DNA of 64,000 nt from Podarcis erhardii. Its lineage: Eukaryota. Location of the stretch: assembly GCA_964252035.1 (NCBI GenBank), contig OZ176205.1, one strand, 5' to 3'. The notes under the pieces were generated by a model. That model had not been told where the DNA came from. It was given only the letters and a program-made list of their open reading frames with translations, and made no database searches. Positions 21,998 to 35,300 of this stretch are shown one piece after another; positions within the stretch are counted from its first letter, which is position 1; each line of letters starts with the position of its first letter. The translations under genes were made by a program, and so were the position numbers.

Positions 21998-22679
21998 AGA
22001 GAAGGAACAAGACATCTTAGGCTACATACTAGCTTACTCTACTGGCAATCATTGCAAGACTTTATTAAGTTTATGAAGAATGTCCATCCTGTAGCCTAAT
22101 ACCTCAAGTGGCCACCTGTGTTTTATTAGTGGTTATGGTAAAGTATATCAATGTGGCTGACATCTTGGCAGTGAATGAGGGATAATCACCTGCTTGAAGC
22201 AGCCATGCTATTTTGCTTTTTTTTTTAAAAAACACACCCAGGTGTCACTTCCTTACTTGGAAACTGCACAAACATTGGCTGCTGTGCACCTAAACCTGCA
22301 TCAGTTTTCCGGACTGAGTATTTTCCATATCTTCTTTATACCATTCCATTCCTAAGTAGTGGTTTAATTCTAGCACCCATGAGCCTCTCACCCTTATATC
22401 ATCTCTCCCCAACAGAATCCTACTTTAACCTGGGCTCTTCTTCCAGCTGAGTTAATGTAATGTGTCTGGCACACAAATGAGACATTTTGCATCAAACACA
22501 AGCCTGATTCAATTTTTTAGTTTGTCAAAGCAGATCTACTTGAAGTTCCACCCTTTGTCTTCCCTCCTATTTGCAGCTACTCTAGCCTGCACTCTGCTTG
22601 ACTCCCACAAAATTTGCTAGGAGGCTCATCCTCTCAAAACTATTTCCAGTCTGACACAGTAGACATAAATGGTTTAGTG

Positions 22680-22934
22680 CAGGGGTCAGCAAACTTTTTC
22701 AGCAGGGGGCCAGTCCACTGTTCCTCAGACCTTGTGGGGGGCTGGACTATACATTTTGGGGGGGGGGGAATGAATGAATTCCTATGCCGCACAAATAACC
22801 CAGAGCTGCATTTTAAATTAAAAGGACACATTCTACTCATGTAAAAACACGCGGATTTCTGGACCGCCCGCGGGCCAGATTTAGAAGGTGATTGGGCCGG
22901 ATCCAGCCCCCGGGCCTTAGTTTGCTTACCCATG
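22680..22934. mobile_element. Non-autonomous hAT element with perfect 8-bp TSD
   Basis: CAGGGGTCAGCAAACT ... AGTTTGCTTACCCATG, flanked on both sides by GTTTAGTG (22672-22679, 22935-22942). Confidence 0.85.
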
Positions 22935-23250
22935 GTTTAGTGCTTCCTCAGACTTGCAGTTTCAAACTAAATCCAGGAAGAAATGCCACCAACATTTAGG
23001 CCCCATATCTGCTCAGTATCTAGGCCACAATTTTCTAACCACAAAAAAATGCTACTTTGCTTCCTAAACCCTTACAAACCAGACATTTACAAGTCAGTAC
23101 ATCAAATGAAAGCCAGACTGGCACTGCTGTTGTAGAACTGGCTAGGAGGCAGATGCAACCATCTTTAGGTCTGCTGGTGGAGACAATAGGTATTTATGCA
23201 TGAATACGGCTGAATTTTATCAAAAGGCAGTGTTAAATGTTTGAGTAATC

Positions 23251-23256
23251 TTTATT
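23251..23256 (-). terminator. NASP proximal polyadenylation signal (AATAAA)
   Basis: Plus-strand TTTATT, ~90 nt downstream of the NASP stop codon. Confidence 0.7.
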
Positions 23257-23342
23257 GAATACAAAAGTTGCCAAAAGTGAAAAAATACATTATATACAAA
23301 ACCCACTGGCCTTGGGAGGGAGTGTCCAATATTAAAACTATA

Positions 23343-26300
23343 TCATACAGCACTTTGAACTGTTTCAACTTGTGGCCTTTCCTCTGCCTGTAAAAAAAAA
23401 AAAAAGTAATTTAGGATATGCATTTGTTTTATCTGACCAGTTAAATACAGCTCTTGAAAGCATTCAACACACTTATGTACAATTGATTACTTAAATGTAG
23501 CATGGCTGCTGCTGCCTCTTGACCAAAGCCATTAACCAAATTACGCTTAGATAATCTGTCTTAAATCTCTTTCTCTACTTCTGATAATGTAAAGAATTAG
23601 GACTCCTACATAAATAGTACTTTAAGCAAAGTTGCTATTTCAAAGCATCCAAGAGATACATACTGCATTCTGCAAGTATACAGAACTAGTCTAGCGGGTT
23701 TAGTTTAGACAGATTCCAACATGCATTTTGACACAAGCAAATTTCCAACTTTAAGTGGTCTGGGAGAGAAGACCAACAAGCAATTAAAGGCAGGCAGGAA
23801 AGATGAGCCTGGGAAACGGAAAATATACAGAAGACTCCTGACTCGACAGCCCACCTCCTCTTCCTTTTTCTCTGCAACCACATTTCCACTGGGGGTAGCA
23901 TCACCACCACCATTGACAGCCGGTTCTGGTTTAGATTTCTTAGCTTCATTATCTCCCTGTTGAGTTTCTTCCTCGGGTTTCCTCTGAAGACAAAATTGTT
24001 TAGTCTTCACCAAGCACAATTTCAAATGTAAAGTATTAATAAAGAATTTCTAGTGCTATTATGCATTTACTATTAATAAGCTGCCAACTGAACTGGGCTT
24101 TAAAACTGTTCTGGGCTACAGCAAAGGTTACAAGGTGCATATTGCTGCTTCAGCTATTGGAAAGTTGTCCTCCAATACTGAAAGCAATCTAGTTCTGGGT
24201 TACCTAACAGTCTCAAAATCAGAAGGCAGCTCTCAAAATCAGAAGGCAGACTGTAGAAGAGATCAAATATATGGAGAGATTTTGTTAAGAGGGTATCTTT
24301 ATTTTTGCCATTCTGTTAACATTGTATCTTTTCTCCTTTCCATTGATGCTATCAATAGATGGGCAGCCACTGTTGCATATAAAAAGATTTCTCTTATATT
24401 TTTCGGAATGTCTCTACCCAAGATTCCTAACAGAAAGGCTTCTGGTTTCTTTAAAAATGTTAATTTGAATGTTTTTTCATATCATAAATATTCCAAAATT
24501 TTTGGACTTTTCTGCATGTCCACCACGTATGATAAAAATCTCCCATTTTTTCTCCACACTTCCAACACTTATTCAAACTATTTTTATACATTTGAGATTT
24601 TTGATGGTGTAAGGTACCACCAAAACTGCATTTTCATCATATTTTCTTTGATGGTGTGACATGCAGTAAAGTTCATGTTAATTTTCCAGAATGATTCCCA
24701 TTCTCTCATCATAATGGGACATCCGATATCCTGCGCCCATCTAATCATGACCACCTTCACCTTCTCGACTTCCCAGTCAAGGAGGAGTCAGTACATCCTT
24801 GTGATAATCTTGGTGTCATTATTTAACAGCACTATTTCAAATTTAGAGGGCTCATTGGCAAATTCATTTTATTTGTCCAGTCTGAATGTCTCAAAAAGTT
24901 GATGATACACAGACTATGTGGAGATGGCTCAATTAACAAATAGATTAAGAGGTAACACCAAACAATGATTTTCTCAAAAATGGGAAATGTTTAAGAGATA
25001 CTTACAAAAATATTACAGTGACATATTATCTATGGTAGTATTTGAATGACCCTTGTGTACATAAAATATTAAGAAATAAAGGAAAATTGGTATGCTAGGT
25101 TGTAAGAAAGTATTAAAAAATATTGAATTAATTGTAAGGTAATAATTATAAGTACATTCAATATCACAAATGTCAACTATATTGGGAAATCTATATTTAT
25201 TTTACTTTAATTTGTTGTTGTTTTACTTTATTTTATGTACCATTGTATGATTTTAGCTTAGCTGATACCTAAGTGGAATTAGGTTAAATTAACATTCTAA
25301 GTTAAACAAATTTAAGAATATGTATATATTGTATGTATGTGTATGTGTGAAGTTAAATTTGTAATGACATTAATGAATTTCAATAAAGAATTTTTTCATC
25401 AAAAAAAGGGGGTATCTTAAGATACAAATAGTTTGCTTGTTTTAGACTGTCTTTGCTATTTTAACCAATTCTCCTTTCCACTTGAAATATGGGAACCCAG
25501 CTCAGCCTGGCTGTGACATTCAGTTTATATGTATTTCGTGCTACCTGTAAACTCTGAATCTCTACCCTGGACAATTTTGCAGGTCCCCAACACATCTAAA
25601 TTCTCAAGTGCCTGCAGGACCCACACAATTAAGCTTTGAAATTAAACCAGGGTGAGTCAGATGAGCACAGCACAGCACAAAACCATCAAAAGCTACCAAG
25701 TGCGCTAGATTGGCTCCCAGTGGAGAAGATATTATGCAGGATTTCTAAAATTTGTAGAAGCAGAATGATCGAAGCTTTTAAGTGATGGCTTAAGTCAGAC
25801 ATAGGCAAACTCAGCCCACCAGATGTTTTGGGACTACAACTCCCATCATCCCTGACCACTGTTCCTGTTAGCTAGGGATGGTGGGAGCTGTAGTCCCAAA
25901 ACATCTGGAGGGCCAAGTTTGCCTACACCTGGTTCAAGTACTGCAAGCCAGTGGTTACCTATTTTTGTTAGTTGTATAGGACACAAACCTTTTTTCTGAC
26001 AAGATGGGAGATGTCTGTAATACACTGAGGAGCTCCATCCGTTTTTTGCCCAGCTGGGATCTGTTACAAAACAGAAGGCAAAATATGAAATACTATAGAA
26101 CAGCAGAATTAAACTGCTTGCTTTAGGGATTAGTATCACTTACAGCTGAAGCTGGATTGCTTTCAGTTGCCTGTGGAAAACTAGAAGATGATCCACCAAC
26201 CTGGAAACAAAGAGATCTATCAGTCTAAAAGTCACTATTAAAAGCCTACTGGGACTAAACTATAAACATGTACAATGAAGAGCACATCGGTTTTGAAGAA

Positions 26301-29300
26301 CAATTTATAAAATTTAAGGTGTAATGAGAAGCAATAATGAGGAAGCTGGTCTGCAGTTAATTTTTCAAGCTCCCAATGTTTTTTTAAGACCACAAGAGAA
26401 GTAAACAGGTGTCTCATCTGTAGTGTGTGAACCCCCAAGCTATTTTGCAGTTGCTATCTGCAGTCTTGCTTTAAGAATAAGGGACATATTCAAGCCTGCA
26501 TTTCCACTGATGCAACAACTTTCATTCCTATAACAGTGCTTCATCTACTGTCACCTCTAGCTAACTTCCTTCAAATCAGCTCAAGAGTTTGGAGGATCCT
26601 CCGAAACAAATTTTACATGTCATCTTATCATTAATTATTCAACTCAGTGCTTCAAAAGTCATCTCCTACCCCCCCCCCAAAAGTAAAAATGTAGCATTTT
26701 CCACTATAAAACTAAGCATCAATGGCATCCTTTCTTCCCATTTACAGCTGTGTATCTCAGCTTAATTTATTTTGCTATCTGCTCCTCTCTAGCACAAGTT
26801 CACAAAAAACGGTAGTAGTAAGCCTAGGACTCACCAAAGTTGCTTTCAGAGCCAGTTCGGCTATTCTTGCGCTCTTTTGAGACTCCTTTGAATCTTCTAT
26901 CTTCTCTTTAATTTCAGGAAGCAGTCCCTCGAGTTCTACAATTTCCTTCTCATCCTCAGCTGATCCCTCCCCTTTTGTTTTTAGTCGCTCAGTCAACATC
27001 ACTAAAAAGGTGATATTTAGGTGATATTAGTACTTTTAGAGCCATTTACCCATCAGTTTTGGGCTTTGTCCCAGTGTATGTTAAAACAGATTCTCAAGAA
27101 TCAGCAACAGCTGCCAAATTTCTTGCAGTGTTTGCTAGCTGACACATTAGCTCTCTGAACACCTCTTCATGAAGAAACTAGCTCTGTAGCTTTCCCAACA
27201 CTGTACATTTGGAGTTTGGAGGACACAGTAACGGTGATGTTTAACTAAAACTGGATGAAGAACTGCACTTCACTTACCCATTCTTTTATCAATGACTTCC
27301 ATCGATTTACTATACTGCAACACTGCTTCATCATACTGATTATCATAGTGAAAGGCCAACCCCAGATGATAATGAGTCTCTGCAAGCAAGCGGTCATGGG
27401 CCTCTAAGTACTTCTGCTGAAGAGCCAGGCAAGAACGGAACTCTTCTATAGCTTGAGAGTAGTTTTCTGCACAATAAAAACAGAAAGTAAAGCACAGGAC
27501 TTTCATATGAAGGTAGAAATTTGTACAAAGCAGAATTCAATCATAGTGTAGAAAAAAGGTTTTCAATCAATAGTTTTATAACCTGTCGTGATTCCAGTAT
27601 CAATTTTTGAATAATATAGGACATTTTACATTTAATATAGTCTGCAGAGACTGGTGGAAACAGTGGCTAGAAAGCATATCTGGCTTGCTCAACATAGTTC
27701 AACAGCTGAGAACAAATGAGGAGACTGCAAGCTTCCTTCCCATACCTTTCCCCTTATTCATCAGCTACATCCTGGTTTGGTTAAACTCCAATTAGCCATT
27801 ATATTCAAAACAGGGAACTATAGTTTAAGTTCCTGGTTAGTAGATAGACAAAGTTGCATTTAGGAACCAGGCAGAGGGCCTTCTTGGTAATGATGCCGTC
27901 CCTGTGGAATGCCTTCCCTTCAGATGTCAAGGAAATAAACAACTATCTTTTAGAAGACATCTGAAGGTAGCCCTGCTTAGGGAAGTTTCTAAGGATTGAT
28001 GTTTTCAGATTGATGTTGTAAGCCGCTCAGAGTGGCTGGGGAAACCCAGCCAGATGAACAGGGTATAAATAAAATTAGTGTAATTATTATTATTAGGCAG
28101 AATAGCTAACTGAAATTTAATTACCATTTAACCAGGGTGCAAACACTGAGAAAGGACCAAGGCGAGGGGCCTCTATTCGTTCTTCAAGGCTTCTAAGCTA
28201 TGCTTTAATAAGCAGGGAATCATGCATCTGAACTAGGCCACAGTAGAATAAAAGTAACCAATCTACCAGCGTACTTCCCAATAGTATAGGTAACTGTATT
28301 ATAACGAAGCACAGTATGAGGTGTCCAAAATAAAAGGCTTAGTTGATAAACTCTGAGCTAGTTGATAAAAGTCTGAGCAGCTTTGAAAATATGAATACTG
28401 TAAAGTGAATATAAAATATATTACTGACAGTTTATATAATATGTAATGGACATGCAAAAAACTAAAATATCATATGCAGTGGAAATATGAATAATAGTAT
28501 CAGAAATTAATCCACTGCATGCCTAAGCAACTTTAAGGTAGTTACCAGATTCGATGCTAACTTCTCCTAGTTTTAGGTGAGCCTGAGCAACAAGGAGCTG
28601 AGCTTCTTTCGTGTCCTGTCTAAATCAAGAAGGCAGAGTCAGCAAGATTGTCATAACACCTTTAGTTGTATAAAAAGGCATTATTTGTCAGAACTACCAG
28701 ACATACCTTTTGTATATTACTTTTGCTAACTCCAGCATATCCCAAGCCAGTTCTAAGTTCCCAACATCGTCTTCTTCACTCTCCTAAAGCAAAGTTATTT
28801 GAAAGTCAAAGAAATGGATAGAAAGGCAATTGCTAAGGATCTTGGCAGACCACTTGATTTTTCTGCTTGTTGTAGCAACTGTAGTGCCCTGTGCTAGATG
28901 CTCCATGATTCCAATTGTATTTTTACAGACATAACACAGACCACCTGAATGAAGCTTGTGGACCACTGGTGGTTGATGGACCAACTCAGGAACTCCTGCC
29001 TTAAAGCAGGCAACTGAAGAAACCAGTCACCATAGGAAACAAATATATAAACTTTAGAAACGGAACATCATACCCCTTCCACAAACTCCTATGCTGAAGC
29101 GTTTGTTAGCAAAATTTAGCACTTTATATTAGGGAAATCAGCACTTCTTCCTTACAAAGGTGCCAGTTCTATTGCAGGGAGTCTTGAACACAGCAGAGGA
29201 AGCTCTATTAATGTCCCTTTCCTTTAAGTTGCTCAATACAGTGTGCATGGTTCTCTCTCTCCCCATTTTATCCTCACAGCTCTGAGGTAAGACTAAGAGA

Positions 29301-32300
29301 CAGTAAGGTCTAAAGCCAGTCAGTGAGCTTCATGGCTAAGTGGGGATTTGAACCCTGGTCTTCCAGACCCTGCCTAGTACCATAGTCTTCACCGCAATGC
29401 TTCTGCCAGTTCCAGAACCTAGTGTAATGAAAGCTCACCTTCTGGTAGACAAAGAGAAGACTTGGAAGCACAGGTTCTGCAGAAAGACCAATGGCTAGCT
29501 AATGATTCAAGTCAAGATTTGTGGACTGTGATTAACTGCTTGACAAAAAGGATTTACAAACAGCTTTAGAGGATTATCTATTTTCCTCCTGTATTAGTTT
29601 TGAACTGCTTGTCCTTCACATTGTACAGTGGTGCCCCGCAAGACGAATGCCTCGCAAGACGGAAAACCCGCTAGACGAAAGGGTTTTCCGTTTTGGAGGT
29701 GCTTCACAAAACGAATTTCCTATGGGCTTGCTTCGCAAGACGAAAATGTCTTGCGAGTTCCTGCAGGTTTTTTTCCCTCCCCCCCCCTTTTCTAAGCCGC
29801 TTATCTGCTTATCCGCTAAGCCGATAAGCTGCTAAAAGCCGCTAATAGCGCTAATCCGTCAATGGGCTTGCTTCGCAAGACGAAAAAACCGCTAGACGAA
29901 GAGACTCGCGGAACGGATTCTTTTCGTCTTGCGAGGCACCATTGTATCTCACTCCTCTTATGAATTGGCTGTTCAGCCAGCAAATCCTTCACAAGCAGAA
30001 TTAAAACCAATGTTTGGAAAGTGCAATCAATTTTGCATTGAACACTACATATTCCTTGTCAGTAAATGTGATTCAGAGTAACGCTACTCATATTCATTCT
30101 ACATTGTAATTATAATATAGAATTATAATTAGTGGCAATTATAATTCTTGCTCCAAAAGCACTTTGCATGTCATTTCAGTTCTTGCCCAGGTCTTTGCTG
30201 AGGCTTATCAGCTGGGTAGCTTCCTCATGTTTGACCTCACTGCCTTCATAGTTTGAATAGCAGGAAAAAATGCAGTGCCCAGTTCTTTAATGTTAAGGCA
30301 AAAAAGATGATGTCACAAGAGGACATACTTTCAGTTGAGTTAAAAATTGGCTGACTGCAGAGAATTACTTCAGAAGGTGGTGTACTGTTGCAAAAAAGCT
30401 GCTTCAATAGCAGTTTTTTAAAACAATAGCAAGCTTCTGATAATTAAGCAGATACCATGCACATTATCAGGCACAGCCCTTTCCCTTTCTGTAGCAAATC
30501 ACTATTGCTGTGATATGAGGCAGAGGAGATGCAACCTCTTCCCAATTTCCTGTAGGTTTTGGAGGCCTGCTTTTGGGCTTTTAAACAACTGTAATAAAAG
30601 ACACTCAACAGGTTTAGAGAAGGTGGGAACGGTTACAGAAATTAGTTTAACCATGGGTGCGGTACTAGACGGAGACCACAATGCTTCACTGAAACTAGTT
30701 TATGAGTTTCAATGTATGAATGCATTGTGTCAGTAGACAAGAGATTTTGATAGCAGAGGGAACAAGGAAAGAAGGGGGGAGCAGAGAGAAGGATAAGGGC
30801 TTTTTTTTTAAGAATGGAGAACGAACAAGCATCTAGAAGGAAAAACAGGCTAAAGTTTTAACAGACTAAAATGTTAAAATGCTGCTTTGAACCAGAGTAC
30901 TCAAAGCCACACCCCTACTATAATCTTGAACCTTCGGAAGGAACTGCCTACTTCAGTCTTCCTATGCTCTAGAAAACATACGTAATCGGAAATAGTTTCC
31001 ATGAAAACAGTGTTCCTTTCTCCATGACAGAAACATTGAACCAGCTCTTTAACAGGCTTGAGTGCTCATTTTTATACTTCACCTTTTCTTCAACTGTAGA
31101 GTCATTTTCTTTATCCTCTTCGACTGCAGAGTCATTTTCTTTATCCTCTTCAACTGCAGAGTCATTTTCTTTATCCTCTTCAACTTTATCTTCCTCTTCT
31201 GATCCTTCCATCTCTACAATAATAGTTTCTTATTAATATACAACCAACTGTTTATACATCCATTTTACTTGACTATTTGTTTTATTCAGCTGTGAAATTC
31301 TTCCACCACTATTACACTTCCAACCTATGTGTTCATGAGCGTTGGGCTTGGTAGGTTTCTGTGCAATCTGCAACAAGTGTTTATACAAAGTTTTGAGGGG
31401 GAGCTACATAGATTAAAATATTCAGCGTTAGGATATTCTTTCTCCTTTATGCTGCTTGCATGGCACCCCCTGGCATGTCAGTTAAAAAGAATTTGAACAA
31501 GTTTTAATACTTTTATAGCTTCCCCATAGAAGTTTTTTCATAGTAACGGGGGAGACAAAGAGAAGAGCTTTAAAATTGCACTCCTTAGAAGTAGTCACAT
31601 TTCATAGTTAAGACAAAACAGAAATATTAATATTTCTAGTTAAGTGTCATTGCATGGCTTCTTAGGGAAACTGACAGGTATGTACTATTGGGTGTCAGGC
31701 ACAGGAACTTACATAAACTATGGGATAGCTCAGACACCTATTCTGCAGTGTCAGGGAACATATACCCTCTTATGGAGCAAGAAATTTGACCTCCTACCAG
31801 CTATTCAGTAATCCAGATGCCCAGCAAGCACAATCTCAAACTGCCTTATGCTCAACAGCCTTCATGTAACAACTACTACAGAAGCCAAGGGAAAAAGTAT
31901 TGCTGTAAACACCGCACTTCAAACTAGAACAGGGATGGCTATCTTGTATTCTTCTAGATGTTGCTAAACCACAACTCCCACCAGCTCCAGCCAACGTGGC
32001 CAAAATAATTAGGGATTATGGAGTTTTAGTTCAGCAGTATCTAGAGCGTCATGCTTTTAAGCTACTCTTGGACTAGAAATGCATAGGACGAGGTTCTAGT
32101 TGCCAGAGCAAACTTGCCACTGTACTGTATCCCTATTATTTATTGCAATTATTAGTCACTTTTTTTCAAATAGGAAAACAAAGTGACTAAATATTTGTTA
32201 AACAGTTGTATTATGCGAAGGTTTATCAGATTTACAACTATTTCACTACTTAGAATCTCACTTGTAAACAAACATTTTCAAGGTATTATAAGGTAGTTAA

Positions 32301-35300
32301 ACAGCAATGCTAAAGCAAGAGAAGCAGGACATGAAAGCTGTGATGTCTATTACCTGCACTTGTTTCTAGTTATAGGCCTCAAAGCATGATAGGTTTTAGG
32401 TTGTTTAATACAGGTCATTAAGCCAGCACCCTTGTGTTGCTGTATTTTTGTGGATCTGGTTGTCAATATATATTCTAGTACTATGTTTTTAATTGTTCAG
32501 AGTTAATCTTGCATTCACATAAAAACATGCAGTGAACATCCATTCAGTGTTCTCTATGAGCCATTGCTTTCTATATTTGCTGCTCATGCAAACCAGTCCC
32601 CAAAAAAGCCAATAATTTATTGCTCAACTTGTTAGTTTTGTTTCAATTCAACTGTTCCTTGCAGCTTCAAAATTCTCCTTGGGTGGATTCATCCCTGTGG
32701 CACAGAGAATTCTGAATGGATTAGTCTTACTAAGGGTTAGCTCTCTAAATAGATCCACCCACAAGTGTCTTCTATCCCTGTTACCTTCGCCCTCTCCCAT
32801 CTCGTCATCCTTTTCTTCTTCCTTTTCTACCTTAGGAGCAACTTCAGCTTTTTCTTCTGGTTGTATTTCATGTGACTGCTTGATGCTCCCTGAAGGAGTA
32901 GTTTCATTTGGAGCTGAAGGTTCTCCTTCTCTTGAATCCAATGTTTCTTCCTTCTCTTTCAAGTTCACCACCACCTGTTCTGTGGCAGGCTTCATGTCCT
33001 CTGTCTTTTCAGCAGTAGCTTTAGCTGGTTGTTCTTTTTCTGCCTGCCCTTCAACTTTCTCAACAGCTGTCATGAATTCTCTCTCTAACTCACCTGAAGC
33101 TTTTACCAATTCCTCTACTATTGGATTCTTTTCTACAATTGCGTCTGCCTGCTTTTCTACCTCCTCTTCTCTCCTCTCTTGAGCTGCTATCTCAACTACC
33201 TTCTCTTTCCCAGGTGCTTCCCCTGCAGCCACTTCTTTTTCTAAAGTAGTCTCTCCCCCAGCTGCTTCTGCAGCCTCTTCTATTACTGGATTAACTTTCA
33301 CAGCAGCATCTTCCGAAACCACCACTCTGTGTACAGCAGCATCTTCCCTAGCCTCTTCTACCACCACTGGCTTATCTTCTCCAGCTGTCCCTTCTGCATC
33401 CACTGGCTTCTCTTCCCTAGCAGCACCATCTTCTAATGCTACCTCAGTAGTTACTTCATTGATGTTTTGTTCTTCCGTAGTTGCCTCTACCTGCTTTTCT
33501 GCCTTCTCTTGCTCTTCCTTTTTCTCCACAACAGTGATATCTTCTCCACTCAGAGCTGCTTTTTCTTTTTCTTCCTTAGCTACTTCTTCTTCCTCAACCT
33601 CTTCCATTTCAACATCCTTCGGTTGCATCTCCACTCCTGTATGCACCAGAGACTCTTCAGGATTTTTTCTGGATTCATCTTTTTCCCCCATGGCATTATA
33701 TACCTGCTCTCTTAATTCCTCCCTTGCTTCTTCTACATGTTTAAGGAAGATCAAGCACAAACAAACCTTCGAATTTAGTGATAAACATTCATGATCTTCA
33801 CATCCCACCCTCCATCCCACTGATGTCTTGCTTCAAAGTTACAGGAATCAATACAATCCTTTTGGACCCTTAAACTGAGAACAAGTGCCTTCCATAACAG
33901 GGCTTGCAAGGAGTTGCGCTTAAGCAATGAGTTGTAGGCCAGCATAGTAACAGCCAAGCAAGAGATGCCAAGCTTTGTCTAGACAAGACATTGCACTGGA
34001 TTGCAGAGGAAGATGCTACGAACTGAGGGACAGGGCAAGTATTGAAAATTAGACAAACTATCCACTTTCTTAAGTGAACATGGCCTATTGTCACAACATG
34101 ATCTTCACAGCATCAAACCTTATTAGATGCCACTGCCCAAAAGATCTAGGCCACAATGTGCTATACACTAAACAGTTTTGCAATAAGCAGTAATACTGGG
34201 AGTTACTATTCAGTTTGTTCACAGAACCTTTGCCCAATTAGTTCATGGTTCTAGAAACAATTAGCTGACTGTCCTTAAGATCTTGAAGCATAGAAACCAA
34301 TGCTTTACTAAGAAACAAAGTGAGGCCCACATGGTTCAAAACAATGCTTTAATCTATAGGTTTGTAGACACACTGGCCTTGTTAAAAGGCAGGTTTTTAA
34401 GTTTTTTAAACAAGTTTTTGGTCAATTTTATCATTAAAAAGACTTTTAGAGAGTCTTTTTAGTTGCGGTTTAAGATTCAAACAACTTGATAATAACAAAA
34501 TGACCCTTGTCTAGTATCCACTTGGAACACACACAGCTTGGCATCTCTATCATGAGTTAAGACAGCACTACATACCATCTATATTATCAGCACTTTCTAC
34601 CATTGAGTCTTCTGTTTTTTCTTCCTCTTCTTCCACCTGCACTCCTTCCAAGGCATTTCCCAGCACGCCATTTTCCATTCTAGAAGATGTAAGTAGGCAT
34701 TGCTGTTATCTTTTCCCTCACCAGTTTTAGCATTCAAAGCTTGAACTCAAGGCTGTATTGATGTAGCATAAGAACACAAGTTAACAGATCCTGCTCCAGG
34801 CGTCCTGGAAGCAAATACATATTTGGTTGACAAGGAAGACCAACCAAAGTTTGTTGACCTGATTATGTAGCTCTAGAATGGCTGCCACTATTCTGAGAAA
34901 AGGTTACAAAAGGTAACTTCAGTTCTGTGTGCAGGAGAAACTGGTGAAGTGGATTCCAGTCCATGTAAAATTATATTAGCCTTCCTAATCTAGATTAACT
35001 ATTCAAACCACCAAGTGGCCCAAAGCAGGTCACATTAACTTACCTTGCCAATTCCAGAAGTGATTTCCCGTAAAAAAAGTAAGCTTCTGCACACTCATTT
35101 CCAGTTTCACCATACTTATTAGCCCTAAAAAGAGATTACCAGATTAGCAGGGTGGATTAATTTAAGTCATGTTTCCCATTTACACAAGCTGCAAAAATTG
35201 TGGAAACTTTTGGGGGAAAGTTTATTTCCAAGGTTTGATGGCTCATAACCACTTTTTTTTTTAGTAATACCATAAAATTATGTATCAAAGGAAACATAAT

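Noticed and set aside
24135-24902. 174-aa and 75-aa plus-strand hydrophobic ORFs
   Set aside because: Antisense of the inverted L1 ORF2 segment.
32679-33794. Plus-strand Ser/Phe-rich ORFs (167, 111 and 82 aa)
   Set aside because: Antisense shadows of the GAA-rich NASP exon, which is depleted of stop codons on the opposite strand.
32648-33820. 390-aa minus-strand ORF as a stand-alone gene
   Set aside because: It is the large NASP cassette exon read through its flanking introns; splice sites at 33732 and 32785 bound the real coding part.
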